A DNA stretch of 64,000 bases from Candidatus Marinacidobacterales bacterium (GTDB lineage Bacteria > Acidobacteriota > Vicinamibacteria > Marinacidobacterales > SMYC01), in NCBI GenBank assembly GCA_965224085.1, contig CBDCYI010000009.1, forward strand, positions 320,001 to 384,000, written 5' to 3'. The position numbers were made by a program, and so were the translations under genes. The notes beneath the pieces were generated by a model, which was not told the DNA's origin, did no database searches, and saw only the letters and a list, made by a program, of their open reading frames with translations. Shown piece after piece: positions 10,978 to 20,733 of the stretch (positions are counted from its first letter, which is position 1; every line of letters begins with the position of its first letter).

Positions 10978-12435
10978 ATGTCGACCGGTCTCGTTCTCTT
11001 CGGTCTCTATCTCGCGATCATGGTGGGGGTCGGAATCGTCTCGGCGCGCCATCAGAAGACGTCCGCCGATTTCTGGGTCGCGAACCGGAGCATCGGCCTC
11101 TCCGTTCTCGTCATGGCCAATATGGCGGCCATCATGCACGGCGGGTCCGTTTTGAGCGGCGTAGCTTTGATGGGCAATATTGGTGGCGTTGCCGGACTCC
11201 CCTACCTCGCTTTCGTGGGCGGCATCGCCGTAATCTTCTTCTTTTTCGCGAAGAAGCTCCGAGGCTCACGAGGCTTCACGCTCCCCGACTACATGGGGGA
11301 TCGCTTCGGCAGTAACTTCCTTCGCGGCTTCTGCGCCGTGATGGTCGCGGTCTCGAGCATCATCTATCTCATCGGCCAAATCCGGGTCATGGGTTTCATC
11401 CTGGAGCGCCTCCTCGACATCACTTTTTTCTGGGGCATGCTCGTCGGGACCGTCATCTTCGTCTTCTACGTTGCGGTTGGAGGCCTTCTTGCAGTTGTGT
11501 GGACGAACATCGTGCAATTCGTTTTCATGTGGCTCGGCCTCTTGCTGATGGGGCCCTACGTCTTCGCGAAAGTCGGCGGGTGGTACGCCGTCATCGACAA
11601 AGTCGAAGCGCTTGCGCCGGGATGGACATCACCACAAGGGACCACCTGGAGCTTCAGCTTTCTCGTCTCGTGGTACATCATCTGGTTCGTCGCCTATTGC
11701 ACACGGCTCGAGCTCATCACGAAGATGTACGCCGCACGGGACGACAAGGTTGCTCGGCGCTCGCTGCCGTGGACGATTCTCCTCGTGATGATTTTTCTGC
11801 TCTACGGCAACTTCTATATCGGTGGTGCGGCACGCATTCTCGTGTGGGACTCGATCTCGACGCCCGACCAAGCTTTTCCCGCACTCGTTGCCGCTATTCT
11901 ACCGCCCGTTCTCGCCGCCTTCGCCCTCACGGGCATCGCGAGCGCTGCAATGTCCACGACAGATTCGCTTCTTCTGATGTCGGGCGCCGCCGTCGCTCAT
12001 GATCTGCTGCGCAAGTGCATCCACGAGCCCCGAGGTGTTACGAGAGACGAACGCTATTACCTGCGTGTCTCTCGGGGGACGATTGTCATCGTCGGCGTCG
12101 CATCGTTTCTCGGCGCGCTTCCCGACGTCGATTTGATTTTGCAGATCGTCTCCTACGCCGTCGCGATCCTTGGCGCAACGTTCTTCTTCCCGCTCATCGT
12201 CGGCCTGACGACGAAGCGCGTCAGCCAAGAAGCCGCGATCGCGTCTTCCGTCGGCGGCTCGGCGATCACGATCTTCTGGACGTGGGCCCGGCTCGCTGGC
12301 GTGGAGTGGGCACAAGAGGTCCACCCTGGCGTGATCGGCATCGCGAGTGCCGGTGTTTTGATTTTCGTCGTGTCGATGGTCACGAAGCCCGTCCGAAGCT
12401 CGTCTCTTCAGAAGTTTTTTCCGGAGAATGCGTGA
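10978..12435 (+). CDS. sodium:solute symporter (SSS/PutP-like)
   Basis: About 13 hydrophobic segments; DFWVANRSIG, TLPDYMGDRF, YVAVGGLLAVVWT, SAAMSTTDSLL. Confidence 0.93.
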   Translation: MSTGLVLFGLYLAIMVGVGIVSARHQKTSADFWVANRSIGLSVLVMANMAAIMHGGSVLSGVALMGNIGGVAGLPYLAFVGGIAVIFFFFAKKLRGSRGFTLPDYMGDRFGSNFLRGFCAVMVAVSSIIYLIGQIRVMGFILERLLDITFFWGMLVGTVIFVFYVAVGGLLAVVWTNIVQFVFMWLGLLLMGPYVFAKVGGWYAVIDKVEALAPGWTSPQGTTWSFSFLVSWYIIWFVAYCTRLELITKMYAARDDKVARRSLPWTILLVMIFLLYGNFYIGGAARILVWDSISTPDQAFPALVAAILPPVLAAFALTGIASAAMSTTDSLLLMSGAAVAHDLLRKCIHEPRGVTRDERYYLRVSRGTIVIVGVASFLGALPDVDLILQIVSYAVAILGATFFFPLIVGLTTKRVSQEAAIASSVGGSAITIFWTWARLAGVEWAQEVHPGVIGIASAGVLIFVVSMVTKPVRSSSLQKFFPENA

Positions 12436-12545
12436 TGCTGGGACTACCTCTCGGTAGCTTCGTGCTGCTCTTCGTGCTGCCTGGCCTCGTCTTGTTGCCG
12501 ATGTTCTACTATTCGTGGCTCATCAAGACCGGCAAGCGCGACTGA
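12435..12545 (+). CDS. small (36 aa) membrane protein, probable symporter accessory subunit
   Basis: TGATG overlap with the symporter stop; MLGLPLGSFVLLFVLPGLVLLPMFYYSWLIKTGKRD is one TM helix plus a basic tail. Confidence 0.65.
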   Translation: MLGLPLGSFVLLFVLPGLVLLPMFYYSWLIKTGKRD

Positions 12546-12568
12546 GGCTCGATCCCGAAGCACTCTCG

Positions 12569-13540
12569 CTAGAAAGAATCCCACACGTCATCATCAGGAC
12601 CGATATCGATCTCGGAAGCGCCGACGAAATCGTCGATTTGATTCGCACGTCGTGCGCCGACGATGGCGCCGCTAACGGCCGGATGCCGAAGCGTCCAAGC
12701 AACCGCGAGCTCGGCCACGGTCGTTCCGTTGCGCGCGGCCAGTGCCGTCAAGCGATCGGCGAGCGCAAGATTCTCGCTCAGGCGGGGCTCTTGAAACTCG
12801 AGGCTCTTCGTCTTACGCCAATCATCGCTCGGTAGCGAAGCGATACGCTCGCGGCTCATCTTTCCGGTCAAAAGCCCCGACGCCATCGGCGAGTACACGA
12901 TCACGCCAATCTCTTGCTCGAGGCAGTACGGCAGGAGCTCCTTCTCGATGTCTCGTCGCAAGAGCGAGTAAACGGATTGCAACGAGCCCACCTGAGCGAT
13001 GGGACGGAGCCGTTCGAGCTGCTCGACGTTGAAGTTGGACACCCCGATATGTCGCACCTTCCCTTCGTCCCGCAAGCGGAGGAGTGTTTCCCAGCCTTCT
13101 TCGATCTCTGGCGCCGGCCCATCTGCCGGATAGCACGGCGAATGGATTTGATAGAGGTCGATGCTCGAAACATCAAGGCGACGCAGGCTGTCTTCGATCT
13201 CTCGCCGAACAGAGTCCGCTTTGAGGCTGTGGCGGATCTTCCCACGCGGCGTCCAAACCCGGCTGCACTTCGTGAACACGAGCGGACGCTCGGAACCGCT
13301 CAGATCGCGGAGCGCCCGCGCGACGACGACTTCCGAGTGGCCGAGCCCATAGACCGCGGCCGTGTCGATCCAGTTGATCCCAAGCTCGACCGCGCGATGG
13401 ATCGCTGCGACCGAATCGGTATCGTCCTGCTGCCCCCACCCGAACGTCCAGTCGGCGCCCCCGATGGCCCAGGCGCCGAGCCCCACTCGTGAGATCTCGA
13501 GCTCCGTGCAGCCGAGCTTCGTCATCTTCAAGACGGACAT
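12569..13540 (-). CDS. aldo/keto reductase
   Basis: GLGAWAIGG, GINWIDTAAVYGLGHSE, IDLYQIH, IGVSNF, YSPMASGLLTGK. Confidence 0.92.
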   Translation of the reverse strand: MSVLKMTKLGCTELEISRVGLGAWAIGGADWTFGWGQQDDTDSVAAIHRAVELGINWIDTAAVYGLGHSEVVVARALRDLSGSERPLVFTKCSRVWTPRGKIRHSLKADSVRREIEDSLRRLDVSSIDLYQIHSPCYPADGPAPEIEEGWETLLRLRDEGKVRHIGVSNFNVEQLERLRPIAQVGSLQSVYSLLRRDIEKELLPYCLEQEIGVIVYSPMASGLLTGKMSRERIASLPSDDWRKTKSLEFQEPRLSENLALADRLTALAARNGTTVAELAVAWTLRHPAVSGAIVGARRANQIDDFVGASEIDIGPDDDVWDSF

Positions 13541-13555
13541 TATAAGATCGAAACG

Positions 13556-14044
13556 ATGACGACTCCGGAAGAGCTCCTCGAGTTCATCGACTCGCTCGGT
13601 ATCCAAACGAAGACCTATCAGCATGCGCCTGTTTTTACCGTCGACGAGAGCAAGCGCCTGCGGGGTGATCTCCCTGGTGGTCACTGTAAGAGCCTCTTTC
13701 TCCGCGACAAAAAGCGCCACCTATTTCTCGTAGTTGCACTCGAGCACCGTAAGATCGACCTCAAAAACATCGCGCGGATCCTGGGCGCTCACAAGAATCT
13801 GTCTTTCGGAAGTGCTGCGCTCATGATGGAAGCGCTCGGCGTCCCTCCGGGCGCGGTCACACCCTTCGCCGTCGTCAATGACCCCGATCGGCGCGTCCAA
13901 GTCGTTCTGGACCGGGCGATGCTCGACGTCAATCCCTTGAATTACCACCCGCTCAAAAACAACCGGACGACCGCGATTGCCCCCGCAGATTTACTCCGAT
14001 TTCTGGAGGCGTCCGACCACGCGCCCCGGTTGCTGGATTTTTGA
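13556..14044 (+). CDS. YbaK/ProX prolyl-tRNA editing protein
   Basis: HAPVFTVDES, GGHCKSLFLRDKK, LGVPPGAVTPFA, NYHPLKNNRT. Confidence 0.9.
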   Translation: MTTPEELLEFIDSLGIQTKTYQHAPVFTVDESKRLRGDLPGGHCKSLFLRDKKRHLFLVVALEHRKIDLKNIARILGAHKNLSFGSAALMMEALGVPPGAVTPFAVVNDPDRRVQVVLDRAMLDVNPLNYHPLKNNRTTAIAPADLLRFLEASDHAPRLLDF

Positions 14045-14097
14045 CAGTTTTACCGTCCAACCTTAATATAGAAGAAACACCCACAATCGGACCGTTC

Positions 14098-14310
14098 ATG
14101 AAATCGTTGAGCCAGGCCAGTGCCCGCTATCTTATTCTGATGGTGGCCGGAGGCTATATCGTTCTCCTCGGACTCGTCGAGGGCGCGCGCAGCGTCGGAG
14201 CCTTCGATACACTGATGGCGGGAGAGGTCCTGCAGCAGATCACGACGGTCGCCAGCTTGAGCGTGGGCGCCGTGCTTGGATTCTACATAGCCTCCCGCTC
14301 TCAAATCTGA
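14098..14310 (+). CDS. small two-TM hypothetical protein
   Basis: Two hydrophobic segments ending VGAVLGFY. Confidence 0.55.
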   Translation: MKSLSQASARYLILMVAGGYIVLLGLVEGARSVGAFDTLMAGEVLQQITTVASLSVGAVLGFYIASRSQI

Positions 14311-14325
14311 CGCCTTTCGCTGCTC

Positions 14326-14442
14326 CCCTCCACAATGTGCAAAACTGTGTTGAAAAGCTGTTTGCCAGCCTGCGGATCTCCTGCAAATAACAGAAAGCGC
14401 TAGCGTTGTCGCGAAGAGCGTCGTTTCATTTTATGTGGAAAA
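14326..14442. promoter_or_regulatory. cluster of DnaA-box-like 9-mers
   Basis: TGTGGAAAA 14434-14442 (matches consensus), TGTGCAAAA 14336-14344, TGTTGAAAA 14348-14356, CCCTCCACA 14326-14334 in an AT-richer intergenic gap. Confidence 0.4.
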
Positions 14443-14482
14443 CTGAGTGTAGGTAGCCGTATTCTTTGTGACGTAGTGTGCA

Positions 14483-14900
14483 TCAAGGCCCGCTTTTTTC
14501 GGACAGCGAGCGCACCGGCAACGAGACCCTCGCCGTAGTGCCAACCTCGGCCTGGCTCTCGACGTCCAAATGTCCGCCGTGCTCATTGACGATGGTCCGG
14601 CAAACGAAGAGTCCCCAATTCTTGGTCGCGACGCGCGTCCCTTCGACATGAAACGTTGGCTCGAAGAGCCGGTCCAGCTGCTTTTTGGGTATGCCGCGCC
14701 CATCGTCGCGGACCTCGATCACAACCTCGTCGGCACGATCGTGGGTGACGATGGTAATCCGTCCTGTCCCCTCGATGGCCGCTCTGTCATTGCGTAGCAA
14801 GTTCGAGAGCACCGCGCCGATTTGCTGAGGCCGGCAACGCACGCGTTGCAAGTTTTCGAGATCGAACACGAGCTCGGCCTTGGACTCGAGATCACCACCG
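14483..14900 (-). pseudogene. sensor histidine kinase HATPase_c remnant
   Basis: VLSNLLRN (N box), EVRDDGRGIP (G1), LFEPTF, GLFVCRTIVNEHGG, GTT; no start codon or HisKA domain. Confidence 0.75.
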
Positions 14901-14942
14901 CTAGGAACGCGCCAAACGCGACGAAGTCGACGTAGGAGAGGT

Positions 14943-16178
14943 TCACCCGAACAAGTTTCGAAAAATCTCGACGCCACCGACGACGGAGCCGAGCATGCTG
15001 CCAAGTCCTGGGAGGATAAACGCGAGAAAGACGCGCAACAGCTTGTTCCCCCACCATCGCTTCAAGACGCCGATATCCTCGCCTACAGTCTGGAACTCGT
15101 TGACGACCGGCGGTCGAAGATAGGCTTGGACGAAAGCCGTCACATAGGCTGCGCCGATCACCGGCGTCAGGCTCGTGATCGGCGCCGAGACGAAGGCGGC
15201 GGCGACCGTGAGGGGGTGCGCGAGCGCTACGATCGCGCCGATGGAGCAAGGGACACCATTCGCGAGAATCCAGTAGAGGACGTTGTCTCCCGCCGCTTCG
15301 GGTCCCTTCGACCAGCCGATAAAAGCAATCGAAGCGATGATGGCCGCGGGAACCCCCCACCCGACCCACTTCCAAACGGGAGAGACCGGCGGGATAAGGT
15401 TGATCTCTTCGAGGTCAGCCTCCTGCCGAGTATCGAGCGCCTTGATGATCCCCTCGAGATGGCCCGCGCCGACGACGGCGACGATACGCTTTCCATCCGC
15501 TTCACGCATCTTCTGCGTCAGGAACGTATCGCGCTCGTCGATGAGTACCCTTTTGAGAGACGGCATCGCTTCGCCGAGCTCTTTCATCAGCTCGGAGAGT
15601 ACGTCGCCTTTGAGCATCTCCCCTATCTGCTCTTCCGTCACTTCCTTCTCGTCGAAAATACTCGCGAGTATGGCCGAGAGTAGCAACGCTTTTTTCCAAA
15701 ATGGCGTCGAACGCCACGCACGACGAAGCGTGACCCGCACGTCGCGGTCGCAAAGCGAGATCGGAATCCCGTGCTCTTCGGCCGCTTTCGTCGCCTCGAG
15801 AAGCTCTGTTCCAGGCATCACGCCAAGCTTGAGCCCGAGTTTTTTCTGATAGGCGCTCAAAAGCAGGTTGACCATGAGGGTGCTCAGCTGCTTTTTTCGG
15901 ATGACTTGCTTGATGTCGAGAGATTCCCAGCGCGTCTTTTGCGTCAGCGCCTGGTGCCGCTGATGGTCGAGCTCGACGCAGACGCGGTCCGGTTTCTCTT
16001 GCTCGATGACTCGCCGGGCGAGCTCCGCTGACTCTCGGGAAACGTGGGCCGTGCCGACGAGGATGAACTCCCGCCCGTCGACCTTCAAAACGTGGACTTG
16101 ATCGCGCGGGTAATCGCGCTCCCGACTCGCTGTATCAGGCGTTGAAATAGACACCTCCGTGGTGCTCGCGCAAAACAT
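14943..16178 (-). CDS. TraB/PrgY (pheromone shutdown) family protein
   Basis: LVGTAHVS, PDRVCVELD, LCDRDVRVT, LIDERD, VAVVGAGHLEG, C-terminal TM region; start uncertain (16154-16229). Confidence 0.9.
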   Translation of the reverse strand: MFCASTTEVSISTPDTASRERDYPRDQVHVLKVDGREFILVGTAHVSRESAELARRVIEQEKPDRVCVELDHQRHQALTQKTRWESLDIKQVIRKKQLSTLMVNLLLSAYQKKLGLKLGVMPGTELLEATKAAEEHGIPISLCDRDVRVTLRRAWRSTPFWKKALLLSAILASIFDEKEVTEEQIGEMLKGDVLSELMKELGEAMPSLKRVLIDERDTFLTQKMREADGKRIVAVVGAGHLEGIIKALDTRQEADLEEINLIPPVSPVWKWVGWGVPAAIIASIAFIGWSKGPEAAGDNVLYWILANGVPCSIGAIVALAHPLTVAAAFVSAPITSLTPVIGAAYVTAFVQAYLRPPVVNEFQTVGEDIGVLKRWWGNKLLRVFLAFILPGLGSMLGSVVGGVEIFRNLFG

Positions 16179-16304
16179 GCGACGGTAGCACAATCCGCGG
16201 CGCAGCACCAAGAAGGCGCGGTCGACCACTAGCGCCTGGACGAATCGAGGCGTATTCTAAAGGTAGTCCTTTCAACTCAACCCGATCACTTCAGAGGGGG
16301 ATCG

Positions 16305-17159
16305 ATGGCCAATCCCGCCCATGAGACCCTATTGCGCCAAGGCGTCTCCGAATGGAACGACTGGCGTGCCCAAAACACGAGCGTTGCGCCGGACTTGACG
16401 GGTGTGCAAATGTCAGCAGCCAAGCTGGACGGCGTAGATCTCAGCCATGCGCTCTTGCGGGCATCCACGCTGATACGCTCGTCTCTCACCAGCGCCGACT
16501 TGAGTCATGCCGACCTGCGGGAGGCCAAGCTCCACGAGGTCGACTTGAGTGACGCCAACCTGCATCGTGCCGATCTGAGAGACGCATCTCTCGCCGGCGC
16601 CACGCTGCGCCGCGCCCGACTCGATGTGGCGAATCTGAGCCGAGTCAAGATAACGGTGGCGGATTTCCGCGAGGCGGATTTCACATGCGCTAAGCTCATT
16701 GGCGCGGATTTGAGAGAGTCGCTCGGTATCCGAGCTAATCTTGAGGGCGCCGACCTGACGAACAGCTTGCTCGAGCTGTCGAACCTCGAGGGGTGCAACT
16801 TAAAACGCGTGCGGGGTCTAGACTCGCGGCAGATCGAGCTCGCCCGCGTGGACGCCGCAACGACGTTTCCCGCGTTCACGACCGATCGTATCGGCGAGGA
16901 ACCACTCGAGTCGCTTGCCCGGGCGCTCGAATCGCTGCGCGCTCGCGTCGCGGGCAAATCCGTCCCTGCAACCGATGTTTCGAGCTACCACACATTGCTA
17001 GACCTGCTCGATAGCGAGGGTATCGACACCCAGTGTGCGCGTATCGCAACCTCCGAGCTCGTCCGGCCTGTGACCACCCCCACCAGCGAACAATGGGTCG
17101 ACGCGGCACTCTTTCGACGTCGTTTGAGCTCTGTGCTATCCGTCTTGAGGAGACCTTAG
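16305..17159 (+). CDS. pentapeptide repeat protein
   Basis: GVSEWNDWR...PDL followed by A(D/N)LXX repeats; non-repeat C-terminal domain. Confidence 0.88.
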   Translation: MANPAHETLLRQGVSEWNDWRAQNTSVAPDLTGVQMSAAKLDGVDLSHALLRASTLIRSSLTSADLSHADLREAKLHEVDLSDANLHRADLRDASLAGATLRRARLDVANLSRVKITVADFREADFTCAKLIGADLRESLGIRANLEGADLTNSLLELSNLEGCNLKRVRGLDSRQIELARVDAATTFPAFTTDRIGEEPLESLARALESLRARVAGKSVPATDVSSYHTLLDLLDSEGIDTQCARIATSELVRPVTTPTSEQWVDAALFRRRLSSVLSVLRRP

Positions 17160-17161
17160 CG

Positions 17162-17530
17162 ATGAGATATCTCGTACCGCTCGCTCTGTTTTGTTTCTTC
17201 GGTTGCGCTGACGAACCAGAGCCAACCGTCGACCCGCCGTCGAGCCGGCAAGATGCGGCCACACGTATCTCGGAGACGGCGCTCGCCTTGCATTTTTTGA
17301 GAATTCGCATCGCGTCGGACATACACCGAACGCTGAACGGCGGTTATCCGAGCGAAGTCGGACAGCTCGTGGACGGCGGACACCTCCACGCCGGGCAAGA
17401 GTTGGATCCATGGGATCGGCCCTACGTGCTCGTCGTCGACAACGGCACACTGGTCATCACCTCTCTCGGTCCCGATGGCGCGCTCGGAGGCGGTGATGAT
17501 CGCGTCTCCCTCACGGGCCAATTGCGTTGA
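17162..17530 (+). CDS. lipoprotein with GspG/T2SSG-like C-terminal domain
   Basis: Lipobox-like FFGC; DPWDRPY...ITSLGPDGALGGGDD motif. Confidence 0.75.
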   Translation: MRYLVPLALFCFFGCADEPEPTVDPPSSRQDAATRISETALALHFLRIRIASDIHRTLNGGYPSEVGQLVDGGHLHAGQELDPWDRPYVLVVDNGTLVITSLGPDGALGGGDDRVSLTGQLR

Positions 17531-17696
17531 CGATGCAATAGATTGCCCGACGTCGACGGCGAAATAGCTCGGGGACGAGCGCGTGACGAAATTCGTTCGC
17601 CGCTCGCGAGCCCGGTTTCGCGTAGGCTCTTGATGAAGATCGACCCCGTAGAAGGGTCCGATGCATGTCGTGTTGCATTGATGGTTCGCGGCACGC

Positions 17697-18024
17697 ATGA
17701 CAAGACACGAACACATCGGGGCATCGGTTACATGTTGCTCGGCATTGCCTCTTTCGCTTCAATGGACGCCATCGGCAAATGGCTCGTGCGTGATGTTTCC
17801 GTCTTTCAGATTCTCGCCGCGCGCAGCATTTCGGGATCACGCGCGCTTTTCAAAGAGCGCCCGTCTCGGTCGTCGCACCTTTCGAGTACAGCGCGCTCGT
17901 TTGGGCCACCCTTTTGGGGTTCGTCGTCTTCGGCGAGTTCCCGGACGCCTACGTATGGCTCGGCGTCGCCATCATCGTGGCTACGGGTCTCTATTCGGTC
18001 CAGCGTGAAGGGCGTAAAGCATGA
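17697..18024 (+). pseudogene. DMT/EamA transporter with internal deletion
   Basis: GIGYMLLGIASFASMDAIGKWL...QILAARS joined out of frame to AFQRAPVSVVAPFEYSALVWATLLGFVVFGEFPD. Confidence 0.8.
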
Positions 18025-18525
18025 AGAACTTATTCGCCCTTGCGGTCGCGTTCGCCGTCGCGACGGTCGCGACGCCACAGGAGCTCGCTCTCGAAAACGT
18101 CGCTCCGGGCACCTACGCCGTGCTCTCGCCGGCTGGGCATCTTGCCGCCGCGAATGCCGGCCTCGTCCTACTCTCGCGTAGTTCAGATCCTTTATTTTGT
18201 GCGCGGCCATACGCGAGGCGATGCGGTCGTCTACCTCCCTCGCGAGCGCGTCGCCTTCGTTGGAGATCTCGTCACAGGCGGACCACCCTTCGCCCGCGAC
18301 GGATACCCAATTGCTTGGATCGAGACGCTTCGCGCCCTCCGTGAGCTCAAAATCGACATTTTGGTGACCGGCCACGGCGGGATCTGGCGCGGCAAACAAG
18401 TCTTGTCCGACCGCATCCGTTTTCTCGAGCACGCCGCCACCGTCCTCCGCGACGGAGCGCGCGAGAACCTGAGCGCCGAGCAATCGCCGCCTCCATCGAC
18501 TTCGAAGCGTTTCGCGACACTTTCG
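18021..18525 (+). pseudogene. secreted MBL-fold hydrolase with internal deletion
   Basis: Signal peptide + ANAGLV, then a frame switch to GHTRGDAVVYLP...FVGDL...TGHG; the HxHxDH segment is missing. Confidence 0.75.
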
Positions 18526-19119
18526 AGCCGGAGCTGCGACAACCCGGGTGCGCGCGCTGAGCCCGTCGGTGAAAAGGCGGGCGAGCTCCTCGCGCCCGAA
18601 GGGTTTCGGCGTCGGCGTCGGCGTGGGCGTCGGCGTGGGCGTCGGCGTGGGCGTGTCAATGCGCCGCACGTCGAAGCCCAACCGCTTCGCCTGCAGGTCC
18701 CAAGCGACGTTGTTCGTCGGATGATTCTCGCTCCAGAGCACGACCTCGTCGCCCGCACCGAGATCGAGCCCGGTGATAACGGTGCTGTTGGCCTCACTCG
18801 TGTTACGCTCGAGTGCTATCTCTTCCGGCTGCGCGCGAAGGTGCTCTGCTACTTTCGCGCGCGAGTCCTCGAGCAAGCCCGCGAACTTCGCGCGATTGGT
18901 GTACGAGACGTCGTGGTCGATGTCCTGCGTCAGCGCTTCCACCTGCTCCGAAACGACGCGCGGCGACGGGCAAAGATTACCCGCGTTGAGCGGTACGCGG
19001 CTCTCGGAGAAGGGAAACTGCCGGCGGATCATCTCCCAATAGCGCTCGCCTGGATCGGCCGCCACAGGAAAAGCATTCGCGGCGAGAACAGATTTGAGAA
19101 ATGCGCGCCGGGAGCTCAT
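18525..19119 (-). pseudogene. Tat-exported class V aminotransferase (isopenicillin N epimerase-like), 3'-truncated
   Basis: SRRAFLK Tat motif, LNAGNLCPSP, RNTSEANS, ENHPTN; ends at RTRVV before the PLP-lysine region. Confidence 0.8.
18607..18654. repeat. hexamer tandem repeat (SGGCGT)x8 encoding (Thr-Pro)8
   Basis: cggcgt/gggcgt units read directly from the sequence. Confidence 0.9.
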
Positions 19120-20066
19120 GGGTCCCATGCGTCTATACTCAGCACGATATTTCCTCGAGCACCGGGCTCCATGACTTTTCGATGCGCTTCGGCGGCGTCG
19201 TCCAAACTGAGTTTGGTACCCACGATCGGTCGCAGCGAGCTGTTCTCGAGCCCTGTATAGATACTTCGATGGGTTGCCTGGAGCTCTTCGGAACTCGCGT
19301 TGAGGAGCACCATCCCAACAATGGAGGCTTCCCGAGCCATGGCGTCCCGCGGGTTAATCTCGACCGTGCCGCGGCTTCCAATGATAACGACCCGCCCGCC
19401 GCGGGAAAGTACTCGAAGATCTTTGCCGAGATTCACGTTGGCGAGCATCTCCAGGATGACGTCGACGCCCTCGCCGCCGGTTTGCTCCATCAGGGCGTCC
19501 AAGTAATCCGAAGCGTTGTGGTCGAGTACGTGATGCGCCCCTTCGCGCGCGACGAGCTCGCGTCCCTCGGGCGTTCCCCCGGTCCCGATGACGGTCATCC
19601 CTGCGCCGCGGGCAAGCTGCACTGCCGCGGTGCCGACGCCGCCGCTCGCACCGTGAACGAGCACCGTCTCTTCCGGCTGAGCGTGCGCGCGCGCAAAAAG
19701 AGCGCGATGCGCTGTGCCATAGGGAACCGCGATCGCGGCACCTTCAGCAAAGGAAACGCTCCCGGGTAGCGGGTAGAGATTCTCGCTATCGCAGACGGCG
19801 AGCTCCGCACAGCTCCCCGTAGCGGTGCCACCGAAGTAAACGCGTTCACCGGTGCCTTCGACGATACCGGCGCCATCGAAGCCCGGCGTATACGGAAGCT
19901 CGGGCTTGAACGCATAGGTCCCAGAGCGGATATACGTGTCGACAGGGTTTATGCCAGCGGCCCGCACACGGACGAGAACTTGCCCGCAGCCTGGCTCGGG
20001 TTCCGCTACGTTCTCGAGCTTCAGGACTTCGGGTCCTCCAAATTCGTGGACTCGGATGGCTTTCAT
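19116..20066 (-). CDS. NADPH:quinone reductase (zeta-crystallin/MDR family)
   Basis: GGPEVL, GINPVDTYIRSG, PYTPGFDGAG, VHGASGGVG. Confidence 0.93.
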   Translation of the reverse strand: MKAIRVHEFGGPEVLKLENVAEPEPGCGQVLVRVRAAGINPVDTYIRSGTYAFKPELPYTPGFDGAGIVEGTGERVYFGGTATGSCAELAVCDSENLYPLPGSVSFAEGAAIAVPYGTAHRALFARAHAQPEETVLVHGASGGVGTAAVQLARGAGMTVIGTGGTPEGRELVAREGAHHVLDHNASDYLDALMEQTGGEGVDVILEMLANVNLGKDLRVLSRGGRVVIIGSRGTVEINPRDAMAREASIVGMVLLNASSEELQATHRSIYTGLENSSLRPIVGTKLSLDDAAEAHRKVMEPGARGNIVLSIDAWDP

Positions 20067-20648
20067 ACATCGAAATGTATCACTTTCCGCCGACGCGCGA
20101 CGCGCGCCGCACTAGGCTGCCTTGTAACGCTAACAGAGCCATCGGACAAAACAGATTGCCAAAAAAAGACCACCGCATTGAGGACGACGAGGAACCCCTC
20201 CGTGTGAGGGGGCAGCAGAGCTCGGATAAACAATATTCCTGTCGAAACGAGCCAGCCCCGCGACAACGGACGCGGCCGCGTCTTGCAGCAGCAGCAACCA
20301 GGGTGGCCAAACAAACACAAACAGGATTAGCGTCGCCCCGAAGAATGCTCCGACCTTCTTTGGTCCGCTAATAAGCCCGCCGCCTCTGGCGGCGTGACCC
20401 GAAGAGCTTCGAGCGATCCGGCGCGTGCTAGGTTCCCTCTCCGGGGAGACCCTGTCGGGGCCTCCGAAAGGAGAACCTGCATGCACGAATGGAAAAGCCT
20501 TCGCATGTGCGATGGGAATGCAAGTACAACGTGGTGAGCTGCATGGTGGAAGTATTCGAGTCGCGAGAGCAATAGTCCAGCGACGAGGAAGCTCGCTGCC
20601 CGACCCATGTGGAATGAAACTCTCATCTCGCATTGCTTCGAAATGGTG

Positions 20649-20733
20649 GCTCAACGTCGAGCTCAGCTGCGAGCGGCGTCATAGAGCGTACTAAGAATGT
20701 GTAGCGGGTCGTCGGCTGCACCGGTAGTTATAC
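20649..20733 (+). mobile_element. integron attC-like recombination site
   Basis: R'' GCTCAAC ... R' GTTATAC, 85 bp; arms GCT-CAGCTG-CGAGCGGC and GCGGGTCGTCGGCTGCACC pair imperfectly with two extra bases on the 3' arm. Confidence 0.55.

Noticed and set aside
14943-16229. TraB as evidence of a conjugative element
   Set aside because: It is the TraB/PrgY protease-like family, not a T4SS component; no other tra genes
18607-18654. Possible CRISPR array
   Set aside because: Simple hexamer tandem without spacers; no cas genes or CRISPR array seen in the window
18040-19260. 406-aa plus-strand ORF
   Set aside because: Chimera of the MBL remnant and the antisense of the aminotransferase; the Arg-rich stretch is just the reverse of the TP repeat
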